From: an uncultured Dehalococcoidia bacterium
GTDB taxonomy: Bacteria > Chloroflexota > Dehalococcoidia > DSTF01 > JACRBR01
DNA: 64,000 nt
Reading direction: 5' to 3'
Assembly: GCA_964421985.1 (NCBI GenBank)
Contig: CAYQZE010000108.1
Coordinates: forward strand, 2,224 to 66,223
Shown here: piece after piece, positions 54,607 to 63,195 of the stretch
How positions within the stretch are numbered: the first letter of the stretch is position 1
Layout of the letters: each line of letters opens with the position of its first letter
Made by a program: the position numbers and the translations under genes
Notes under the pieces: model-generated
Databases searched by the model: none
Told to the model about the DNA's origin: nothing
What the model saw: only the letters and a program-made list of their open reading frames with translations

Positions 54607-55286
54607 GGTGTTACTCCTTCCTCTGCTGCCGCCAGGCGGCCAACGAGCGCCGGACCATCCGGCGTCAACTGGCGAAAGATCCGATCGACGAGGAACTCCC
54701 GGCGCGCGATCAGCGACTCTACCGAGTACGGATCGACGCCCGGCCGCAGCCGTTCGAGCAGCTCGCGGTGGCAAAAGTAACCGATCAGGGCGATATGCGT
54801 GTCGTGGATGAAGAACGCCGGATCGACTTGCCGGATCAGCCCCGCCCGCATCGCCCGGTCGAAACTCGCTACGGCAGGTATGTAGATCGGCTCGACAAAA
54901 CGTGCAAGGTACGCATTGCTGCCCCCCGGCTCCATGAACTCGCGCTGCAGCAGCCGGGCAAGCGCAGGATGCTCGGCGTAGAAGGCGTGCATCTGGTCCA
55001 GCAGGAACGCCACCCGCTCGCGCTTGAACTCCCCCGCAAGGAACTCGCGCGTCACTTCGACAACCCGCCCCAGCGCCTCATCCAGCACCGCCTCGTGCAG
55101 CGCGTCCTTCGTCGCGAAGTGATACAGCACCGTCGTCTTGTGGGTGCCTGCCGCGTCAGCGATCTCCTGCACCGACACGCCGGCAAACCCGCGTTCGGCG
55201 AACAACTCCGTCGCGGCATCGACGATGGCGAGGCGCCGGTCGGAGCGCTTCCGTCCCTGACCAACCAGTGGTGAGCTTGCAGCCAT
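54603..55286 (-). CDS. TetR/AcrR family transcriptional regulator
   Basis: Uses the internal ATG at 55286. HTH: FAERGFAGVSVQEIADAAGTHKTTVLYHF. Its stop overlaps the Rieske gene start (ATGA). Confidence 0.88.
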   Translation of the reverse strand: MAASSPLVGQGRKRSDRRLAIVDAATELFAERGFAGVSVQEIADAAGTHKTTVLYHFATKDALHEAVLDEALGRVVEVTREFLAGEFKRERVAFLLDQMHAFYAEHPALARLLQREFMEPGGSNAYLARFVEPIYIPAVASFDRAMRAGLIRQVDPAFFIHDTHIALIGYFCHRELLERLRPGVDPYSVESLIARREFLVDRIFRQLTPDGPALVGRLAAAEEGVTP

Positions 55287-55451
55287 TTGGTTAGTATCCG
55301 TCAGTTCCGCCGATCCTGTCAACCGGCCCGCGACGGGCAGCCCGCGTCCCTCAGCGCAGCCGGGGCCCTGGCCGTCCGCACTCCTGATATCCTCTGGGGG
55401 ACGCACCCGATGCCACTTCACGAGGCGCCAGAGGTCTTCAGGAGCATTGCC

Positions 55452-56936
55452 ATGCCAACGCGCACGCCCGCCCGCCCCCAGAACGCTCGTACGAAGCCGA
55501 CAGCCCGACCGGACGCATCCAAGAACGGGGCACCTGGCAAGATGAAGACTGCCGGCAGCCTCACCGTCACTGATAACCGCACGGGCAAGTCGTACGAGAT
55601 CCCGATCCAGGACGGCACGGTGCGGGCCATGGATTTCCGCCAGATCCGCACGAGCCCCGATGACTTTGGGCTGATGACGTACGACCCGGCCTTTACGAAC
55701 ACAGCGGCCTGTCGCAGCGCGATCACCTACATCGATGGCGACAAGGGCGTGCTGGAGTACCGCGGGTACCCCATTGAGCAACTTGCCGAGCGCAGCACGT
55801 ATCTCGAGACGGCGTACCTTCTCGTCTACGGCGAGCTACCGACGGCGAGCCAACTGGAGCAATGGACGCGCGACGTCAAGTACTCCACGATGGTCCACGA
55901 GAACATCAAGAAATTCATCGATGGCTTTAACTACGACTCTCATCCGATGGGAATGCTCATCGGCACGGTCGGCGCGCTCTCTACGTACTATCCGGACGCC
56001 CGCAACATCGACGATCCGGCGTCACGCGAGTTACAGACATGGCGGCTGATCGCGAAGGTGCCGACGATCGCCGCGTTCGCCTACCGGCACAGCCGCGGCC
56101 TTCCGTTCGTATATCCCGACAACGACCTGTCGTTCCCGGGAAACTTCCTCAGCATGCTCTGGAAGATGTCGGAAGCGAAATACGTACCTGATCCGGTGTT
56201 GGAGAAGGCGATCGACGTGCTCTTCATCCTGCACGCCGACCACGAACAGAACTGCAGCGCGAACGCGATGCGCGCAGTGGGCAGCTCGCGTCCCGACCCG
56301 TACTCGGCCACGGCAGCGGCGGCGGCGGCGCTGTACGGCCCGCTCCACGGCGGCGCCAACGAAGAGGTCCTCCGCATGCTGGAGGAGATCGGCGACAAGA
56401 AGCGCATCCCCGAGTTCATCAAGAAGTTCAAGGCAGGCGAGGGTCGCCTGATGGGCTTCGGACACCGCGTCTACAAGAACTACGACCCGCGCGCGAAGAT
56501 TATCAAGCGCACCGCCGAAGAGGTGTTCGATCTGACGGGGCGCAATCCGCTGATCGATGTCGCCCTGGAGCTCGAACGCATCGCGCTCGAAGACGACTAC
56601 TTCGTGTCCCGGAAGCTCTACCCGAACGTGGACTTCTACTCAGGCATCATCTACCAGGCGCTGGGCTTCCCGGTCGAGATGTTCCCGGTGCTCTTCGCTA
56701 TCCCCCGGACGGCCGGATGGATCGCCCAGTGGCGCGAGATGATCACCGACCCTGAGCAGAAGATCGCCCGGCCGCGCCAGATCTACACCGGCGAACGGAC
56801 GCGCAAATACACACCCGTCGCAAAGCGCCCCCGGCGCGATCCGGGTCACAACGAAGCGGATCACAAGCACCGCGCCGTACGGCTTGCACCGATGCCCTTC
56901 GCATCGGGTACTGCGAGTTCAGGCACGCGCTTCTGA
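55452..56936 (+). CDS. gltA: citrate synthase
   Basis: LTVTDNRTGKSYEIPI..., the signature GFGHRVYKNYDPR, and an AGGAG 7 nt before the ATG at 55452. An alternative start exists at 55542. Confidence 0.9.
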   Translation: MPTRTPARPQNARTKPTARPDASKNGAPGKMKTAGSLTVTDNRTGKSYEIPIQDGTVRAMDFRQIRTSPDDFGLMTYDPAFTNTAACRSAITYIDGDKGVLEYRGYPIEQLAERSTYLETAYLLVYGELPTASQLEQWTRDVKYSTMVHENIKKFIDGFNYDSHPMGMLIGTVGALSTYYPDARNIDDPASRELQTWRLIAKVPTIAAFAYRHSRGLPFVYPDNDLSFPGNFLSMLWKMSEAKYVPDPVLEKAIDVLFILHADHEQNCSANAMRAVGSSRPDPYSATAAAAAALYGPLHGGANEEVLRMLEEIGDKKRIPEFIKKFKAGEGRLMGFGHRVYKNYDPRAKIIKRTAEEVFDLTGRNPLIDVALELERIALEDDYFVSRKLYPNVDFYSGIIYQALGFPVEMFPVLFAIPRTAGWIAQWREMITDPEQKIARPRQIYTGERTRKYTPVAKRPRRDPGHNEADHKHRAVRLAPMPFASGTASSGTRF

Positions 56937-57078
56937 TTGGCGAGCAACCCCACTTGGCGTCGCTCCGGCTCGATTGCGACGACGCGGGACCGTGTTCGGG
57001 AGCGCGAGTCATAGATCACACAGAAGCGCCAGAATTCCCCTACGCGGCCGATGCTCCTAAGGGAGAGGAGCCGGAGCG

Positions 57079-57594
57079 TTGACCGCGTTGCCCGTGCCAC
57101 ATCGGCCAGGATCCGCCGCCGCCTTCGCGGTGGTGGCCTTTGCGCTGGCCGCGCTAGTGCTGATGACGGGTTGCACAGCCGAGGTCGACGCCGAGATGCA
57201 GACCTACGCCGGCGTCAATGCGATCCGCACGAAGGCCGGCCTGCCTCCGCTGCAGCCCGACTACAGGCTCGTCGCCGCCGCCCGGGAGCGCAGCACCGAC
57301 ATCGCGAAGACCCGCCACTTCGCCCACGACCGCATCGGCGGCTGTCCGCTGGAGTTCATGTGCGTGCTCGACCGCATGGGCGTGCCGTACGCCTACGCGG
57401 GAGAGAACATCGCATGGAACGACTGGCCCTGGCCGGCCAGCCCGGCGCACGCCGTGACGTCCTGGAGGAACAGCCCGACGCATCTCGAGAACATCATGAA
57501 CTGTCACTTCACCAAGTTCGGCACCGGCGCGGTGCGGTCTGACGACGGGAAGATCTGGTACACGATGATCTTCGAAGGCAACGCGCCCTGCTAG
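57079..57594 (+). CDS. CAP/SCP/PR1-like domain lipoprotein
   Basis: TTG start preceded by GGGAGAGGAG. Has the lipobox LMTGC and CAP motifs (HFAHD, GENIAW, SPTHLENIM). Confidence 0.8.
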   Translation: MTALPVPHRPGSAAAFAVVAFALAALVLMTGCTAEVDAEMQTYAGVNAIRTKAGLPPLQPDYRLVAAARERSTDIAKTRHFAHDRIGGCPLEFMCVLDRMGVPYAYAGENIAWNDWPWPASPAHAVTSWRNSPTHLENIMNCHFTKFGTGAVRSDDGKIWYTMIFEGNAPC

Positions 57595-57785
57595 CCGTCT
57601 CCCTCGCTCCCGCCCGCTCGGCAGAAACGATTGAGGATTGAGGACGGACGATGGAGAGCCGCCACCACGGATCCATCATCGACCTTCCATCGTCCATCCT
57701 CAGGCCTTGACGGCCGCTACTGCGCCATCCGGCGTCGCGATACACTCAGCCGTCACCCGCAGCCCACCTGGCGCCAAGGAGATGC

Positions 57786-59063
57786 ATGGAAGGCCACGGC
57801 TACCGCCGCACGACGCTCGATAACGGCCTGCGCGTCGTTACGGAAACGATGCCAAGCACGCGCTCGGTCGCCGTCAGCGTGTACGTGGGCGCAGGCTCAC
57901 GCTACGAGACGCCCGAGCAGGCCGGGATGTCGCACCTGCTCGAACACCTGCTCTTCAAGGGCACCGCGAAGAGGCCCACGCCTCAGGAGATCTCCGAACT
58001 GATCGAAGGCGTCGGCGGCGTCATGAACGCCGGCACGGACCGCGAACTGACCGTCTACTACGCCAAGGTCGCACGGGCGCACTTCGACCGCGCCGCCGAT
58101 GTGCTGACCGACATGGTGCGCCACCCGCTGATGGCCAACGAGGAGCTCGAGAAAGAGCGGAAGGTCGTCATTGAAGAGATCGCCTCGACGGGAGACTCGC
58201 CGGCGCAACTGGTCGATGTGCTGCTCGACGCCACGATGTGGCCCGGGCAGCCGCTCGGCCGCGACGTCGCCGGCACCGAAGAGTCGGTCGCCGGCCTGAC
58301 CCGCGACGGTACGGTCGAGTACTTGCGCCGTCAGTACGTGCCGAACAACATCGTCATCTCGGTCGCCGGCGCGATCGAGCACGACGTCGTCGTCGATGCG
58401 GTCAGTAGCGCGCTCGGCGACTGGCGCCCCGGGACGCCCTCGGCGTGGTTCCCGGCCGTGAATGGCCAGCACGAATCTCGCATCGCGGTGCAGTACAAGA
58501 ACACCGAGCAGGCGCACATCGAAATCGCCGTACCCGCTATCTCCGGGCGAGACCCTGATCGCTTCGCGCTTGACCTGATCAGCGTCATTCTCGGCGAAGG
58601 AATGAGCAGCCGGTTGTTCCTTGAGCTGCGCGAGAAGCGCGCCATTTGCTACGACGTCCACAGTTACGCCGCGCACTACCTCGACACCGGGTCGTTCGCG
58701 GTCTACGCGGCAGTTGACCCGAAGAAGACGGTCGAGGCTGTACGCGCACTGATGGGAGAGCTGGGCCGGCTGCGCGCTGACGGCGTCACCGAGGACGAGC
58801 TCCGCAAGGCAAAGGAACTCTCGAAAGGCCGCTTGCTGCTGCGGATGGAGGACACGCGGAGCGTCTCGGGCTGGCTGGGGGGACAGGAGATGCTGAACGG
58901 CGAGATCAAGACGCCTGACGAGGTCGTGGCGCTGGTCGAGGCCGTGACGATGGACGACACGCGCCGCGTGGCGAAGAAGGTGCTCGACGGCGACCGGCTG
59001 ACGATGGCCGTGGTCGGCCCCTTCCGCAGCGAGAAGAGATTCGCCCCGCTGCTGAAGTTCTAA
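57786..59063 (+). CDS. M16 family zinc peptidase (paralog of the 13898 gene)
   Basis: HLLEHLLFKGT (HxxEH), and an AAGGAG RBS. Confidence 0.9.
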   Translation: MEGHGYRRTTLDNGLRVVTETMPSTRSVAVSVYVGAGSRYETPEQAGMSHLLEHLLFKGTAKRPTPQEISELIEGVGGVMNAGTDRELTVYYAKVARAHFDRAADVLTDMVRHPLMANEELEKERKVVIEEIASTGDSPAQLVDVLLDATMWPGQPLGRDVAGTEESVAGLTRDGTVEYLRRQYVPNNIVISVAGAIEHDVVVDAVSSALGDWRPGTPSAWFPAVNGQHESRIAVQYKNTEQAHIEIAVPAISGRDPDRFALDLISVILGEGMSSRLFLELREKRAICYDVHSYAAHYLDTGSFAVYAAVDPKKTVEAVRALMGELGRLRADGVTEDELRKAKELSKGRLLLRMEDTRSVSGWLGGQEMLNGEIKTPDEVVALVEAVTMDDTRRVAKKVLDGDRLTMAVVGPFRSEKRFAPLLKF

Positions 59064-59082
59064 CCGCGGGTCGACTCGCTTC

Positions 59083-59385
59083 CTACACCATCACCACTTC
59101 CTCGACGACCATCAGTTGCGTCTTCTCGGCCAGATTCTGGGCATCGGCCCCCGCTACGGCCGACTCGGGCGAGGCGAGCGCCGCGTGCATCGACGCCGTA
59201 TCGTCGAACCACATCTCCGCGAACCCATCGAACGGCGCCCCATCCGCGAGGGCGTGGTTCTGGATGTACTTCCGCACCCCCGGCATCTTGGCGCCAAGAG
59301 GCCCGTGCACCTCGCGCCAGTATCGGCGGAACTCCTCGCGACTAAGATCCGCGCGCTTGTGCAAAAGGACGACGAGCTTAGTCAT
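59083..59385 (-). CDS. EthD family protein
   Basis: Uses the internal ATG at 59385. MTKLVVLLHKRADLSREEFRRYWREVHGPL matches the EthD (TIGR02118-like) pattern. Confidence 0.8.
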   Translation of the reverse strand: MTKLVVLLHKRADLSREEFRRYWREVHGPLGAKMPGVRKYIQNHALADGAPFDGFAEMWFDDTASMHAALASPESAVAGADAQNLAEKTQLMVVEEVVMV

Positions 59386-59529
59386 GCGAAGTCTCCTCCG
59401 TGAGCCAGCTTCAGAACGCCCATCGTACGTCCTACGACGCGCTCGATCCAACGAACCCTTCGCACGGCCGACGCGCCTCTGGAAGCGGTCTCGTGGCTCG
59501 CGGCAGGGCGACAGCGCATACTGAACACC

Positions 59530-60576
59530 ATGACCACCTCCGACATCCGCCTCACCTCACTCGCCTCCTGCGCCGGCTGCGCCGCCAAGGCCGGGTTGGC
59601 GACACTGGCGCAGGTGCTGCGCCCCATCACCGATACCTTCGACCCCGCGCGCTTCCCCGACCTGCTCGTGGGCCTCGACGGCCCCGACGACGCGGCGGTA
59701 TACCGGATCACGGACGATGTCGCGATCGTCCAGACGGTGGACTTCTTCCCGCCCGTGGTCGATGACCCCTATACGTTCGGCGCCATCGCCGCCGCCAATG
59801 CGATGAGCGACGTCTACGCCATGGGCGGCGACGTACTGATAGCGCTGAACATCGCCGCGTTCCCTCAAGACCTTGATCCCCAGATCCTCGCGCGCATCTT
59901 CCTGGGCGGCGCCGAAAAGATCGCCGAGGGCGGCGGCGTCATCGCCGGCGGCCACACCGTGTACGACGCCGAGCCAAAGTACGGCCTCGCCGTCACGGGC
60001 ATCATCCACCCGCAGCGGATCTTCGCGAAGGCAGGGGCGCAACCCGGCGACGCGCTGGTCCTTACGAAGCCGCTGGGCACGGGTCTGCTCCTCACCGCCG
60101 CACGCGACGATCGCGATCCCGCAGATCACGCGGCCGCCGCGATCGCGAGCATGCTGACCCTGAACCGCCACACATCGCACCTGGCCCGCGAAGCGGGCGC
60201 GCACGCGATGACGGACGTCACCGGCTTCGGCATCCTGGGCCATGCGCGAGAGATGGCTACTCGCAGCGGCATGCGCTTCGTCATCGAATCATCGCGTGTC
60301 CCGGCGTTCCCCGGCGCGCTGGAGTACGCCGCCGGAGGCATCGTCACCGGCGGCGCGAACCGCAACCGGGAGGGCCTCGCCGGTCACGTCGAGTTCGCCG
60401 CCGCGATCGACCCGGCGATCGCGGCGCTGCTCTTCGACCCGCAAACCTCGGGCGGCCTGCTGATCGCGCTCCCACCGAATGCCGCAGAGATGATGACGGC
60501 GCGCCTGCACAGCGACGACCTGCCAGGCGCGATCGTCGGGCGCGTGGAAGCGGGCGCCGGCGTACGCGTGGAGTGA
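59530..60576 (+). CDS. selD: selenide, water dikinase (selenophosphate synthetase), Cys-type
   Basis: The N-terminal motif LASCAGCAAKAG carries Cys and Lys at positions equivalent to E. coli C17/K20. AIR-synthase-like domains are present (DDAAVY, AANAMSDVYAMGG). Confidence 0.92.
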   Translation: MTTSDIRLTSLASCAGCAAKAGLATLAQVLRPITDTFDPARFPDLLVGLDGPDDAAVYRITDDVAIVQTVDFFPPVVDDPYTFGAIAAANAMSDVYAMGGDVLIALNIAAFPQDLDPQILARIFLGGAEKIAEGGGVIAGGHTVYDAEPKYGLAVTGIIHPQRIFAKAGAQPGDALVLTKPLGTGLLLTAARDDRDPADHAAAAIASMLTLNRHTSHLAREAGAHAMTDVTGFGILGHAREMATRSGMRFVIESSRVPAFPGALEYAAGGIVTGGANRNREGLAGHVEFAAAIDPAIAALLFDPQTSGGLLIALPPNAAEMMTARLHSDDLPGAIVGRVEAGAGVRVE

Positions 60577-60729
60577 CACAGGGACAGCGAACGACGCACG
60601 ACGGGGTCAGACGCATGTCTATCCTCTGCCCTCCACGGTCCATCCGCACTAGCGCGCCGCCCTGTTGCCGCGTTCAGGCTGATCCGCTACACATAGCCGA
60701 ATCGCGCCACACACACCGGGAACTCCTAC

Positions 60730-62187
60730 TTGAAGGTGATCTTCGCCGCCGTCGAAATGAGCCCGCTCGCCAAAGTCGGAGGGCTCGGCGATGTCGCAGG
60801 CTCATTGCCGCGCGCCCTGCGTTCGAACGGCGACGACGTGCGCGTCGCGATGCCCATGCACGGCGCCATCGAGCGCTCGGCGCTCTCCCTCACACATCTG
60901 TTGGCCGGCGTCCATGTACCGTTTACAGGGGGCGACGAGCGCGTTGACGTCTGGCAGGCCGAGGTACGCGGCGTACCGGTCTATCTGCTGGAGCATGCAC
61001 GCTATTTCGGGGGGACCAGCGTCTACGGTGGGAACGATAAGGAGCGCTTCCTGTTCTTCTGCGATGCCTTGCTCGCATGTGCTCCGCATCTGGGCTTTCG
61101 GCCCGATATTGTGCACGCACAGGACTGGCACACGGCCCTGCTGCTCAGCCGCCTCACCGCGGACGAAACACACGTCTGGGCGGACGCCGGCCGGGTCTAT
61201 ACCATCCACAACCTCGCGCTCCAGGGCGACTTTGACCGAACGTTCGAGCAGACCCACCACATCGCGCCGGTCGCGCTCATCCCGCCCGACGGGCTCGCCG
61301 CCGGCGCCTCGTACAGCGCCATGGCGCAGGGCATCATGCACGCGGACCGCGTCAACACCGTCAGCAACACATACGCCAGAGAGATCTTGACGCCAGAGTA
61401 CGGCGCCGGGCTCGACGGCCTCCTGCGCGCCCGCGCGAGGGTTGTCTCCGGTATCGTCAACGGCATTGACTACGAAGAGTTCAATCCCAAGACGGATCCC
61501 GCGCTTGCCAAACACTACAGCGTCGACACCCTCGACGACCGCGGGGCGAACAAGCGCGCGCTGCAGGAAGAGGCCGGCCTGCCTTTCGGCGGAAACGCGC
61601 TGCTCTTCGCGACGGTGACGCGGCTCTTCGCGCAGAAGGGCATCGACCTTGCCGCCGAAGCGTTCGACGCGATCCTCGCCGAGCACGATGCGCAGCTCGT
61701 AGTGCTGGGCACGGGCGATGAAGACGTGCACCGCATGCTCGCGCAGCTCGAAGCGAAGTACCCGCGCAAGGTGAAGGTGTGGTTCGACTTCAATGCCGGG
61801 CTGGGGCAGCAGATCTACGCCGGCTGCGATGTCTTCCTCATGCCGTCGCGCTACGAGCCGTGCGGTCTTGGACAGCTCATCGCCCTGCGCTATGGCGCCG
61901 TCCCGCTCGTCCGTCGCACGGGCGGATTGGCGGATACCGTGCGTGACGCGGATCTTGCACGCGGCTCTGGGGACGGTTTCGTCTTTGATGCTGCCAGCGC
62001 AGATGACCTGGCGCGGGCGGCTGGCCGCGCCCTGGTTGCGTACGAGGATCGCGCGGGCTGGCGCGCGTTGCAACAGCGCGGCATGCGGCAGGACTGGTCG
62101 TGGCGTCGCGCCGCCGGAACCTATCGAGAACTGTACGCGGAGGCGATCTCCGATCGGCGGCGAGCGCGCGAAGAGGCGTCCGCGTGA
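60730..62187 (+). CDS. glgA: glycogen synthase (ADP-glucose type)
   Basis: MKVIFAAVEMSPLAKVGGLGDV (KxGGL), and a C-terminal PSRYEPCGL. TTG start. Confidence 0.92.
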   Translation: MKVIFAAVEMSPLAKVGGLGDVAGSLPRALRSNGDDVRVAMPMHGAIERSALSLTHLLAGVHVPFTGGDERVDVWQAEVRGVPVYLLEHARYFGGTSVYGGNDKERFLFFCDALLACAPHLGFRPDIVHAQDWHTALLLSRLTADETHVWADAGRVYTIHNLALQGDFDRTFEQTHHIAPVALIPPDGLAAGASYSAMAQGIMHADRVNTVSNTYAREILTPEYGAGLDGLLRARARVVSGIVNGIDYEEFNPKTDPALAKHYSVDTLDDRGANKRALQEEAGLPFGGNALLFATVTRLFAQKGIDLAAEAFDAILAEHDAQLVVLGTGDEDVHRMLAQLEAKYPRKVKVWFDFNAGLGQQIYAGCDVFLMPSRYEPCGLGQLIALRYGAVPLVRRTGGLADTVRDADLARGSGDGFVFDAASADDLARAAGRALVAYEDRAGWRALQQRGMRQDWSWRRAAGTYRELYAEAISDRRRAREEASA

Positions 62188-63164
62188 GCCGCGGCGATAT
62201 CTTCGCTGGCATCGATCTCGGCGGTACGAAGATCCTGACCCTGCTCGCTGACGCTACCGGACGCGTCCTGGGACTAGCGCGCGTCCCCACCGGTACGGAG
62301 CAGGGGCCCGAAGCCGTCATTGCCCGCATCGCCGAGACCGTCCGCGCGGCGGCGGGCGATGCCCAGGTCGACCTCGCCGATGTACGCGCCGCCGGGGTGT
62401 CCGCGCCGGGGCCGATCGACGCGAGAGCCGGCATCATCACGGACCCGCCCAACCTGCCCGGCTGGCACAACGTCCCGCTCGCGAGTTCGCTGCACGAACG
62501 CCTCTCTGTCCCGACGCTGCTTGAGAACGACGCGAACTGCCAGGGGGTCGCGGAGCACCAGTTCGGCGCCGGCCGCGGCTACGCGCACATGATCTTCATC
62601 ACGGTCAGCACCGGCATCGGCGGCGGCATCATCCTCAACAACGAGCTGTACACGGGTGCATCGGGCGCGGCCGGCGAGATCGGCCACATCGGTGTCAGCA
62701 TCGACGGCCCGGCGTGCGGCGCCGGCCACGTCGGCTGCCTCGAGGCGTTCGCCTCGGGCACCGCCATCGCCGCCCGCGCGCGGGACATGATCGCCGCGGG
62801 CGGCCTCATCCGCACCGCGCGCCTGGCCGAGCATGATCCGCCTGTCTCCGCCAAGACGGTGTTCCTCGCCGGCCAGCAGGGCGAGGCCGAAGCGACGGCG
62901 ATCATCGAATCGGCGGGCCGCTACCTGGGCATCGGGCTCGCAAGTCTCATCAACATCTTCAATCCGCAGGCGATCGTGATCGGCGGCGGCGTCTCGAACA
63001 TGGGCGAGACGCTGCTGGGCCCTGCCGTCGAGACAGCGCGTTCGCGCGCGTTCGCCCAGTCGTTCGCAGACGTCCGCATCATCGAAGGCGCGCTGGGGGA
63101 ACGAGCCGGCGCGCTGGGGGCGCTCGCCGTCGCTCGCAATGCCGCCGCGCGGGGCACCATCTGA
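62184..63164 (+). CDS. ROK family sugar kinase (glucokinase-like)
   Basis: The GTG at 62184 forms a GTGA overlap with the glgA stop. Contains GIDLGGTK and the ROK zinc motif PACGAGHVGCLE. Confidence 0.85.
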   Translation: MSRGDIFAGIDLGGTKILTLLADATGRVLGLARVPTGTEQGPEAVIARIAETVRAAAGDAQVDLADVRAAGVSAPGPIDARAGIITDPPNLPGWHNVPLASSLHERLSVPTLLENDANCQGVAEHQFGAGRGYAHMIFITVSTGIGGGIILNNELYTGASGAAGEIGHIGVSIDGPACGAGHVGCLEAFASGTAIAARARDMIAAGGLIRTARLAEHDPPVSAKTVFLAGQQGEAEATAIIESAGRYLGIGLASLINIFNPQAIVIGGGVSNMGETLLGPAVETARSRAFAQSFADVRIIEGALGERAGALGALAVARNAAARGTI

Positions 63165-63195
63165 CGCCCGAACCAGCGACCGATATACTCACCAC

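Noticed and set aside
57631-57647. GATTGAG GATTGAG GA mini-tandem repeat
   Set aside because: There are only about 2.4 copies of a 7-mer in an intergenic spacer, which is too short to distinguish from chance.
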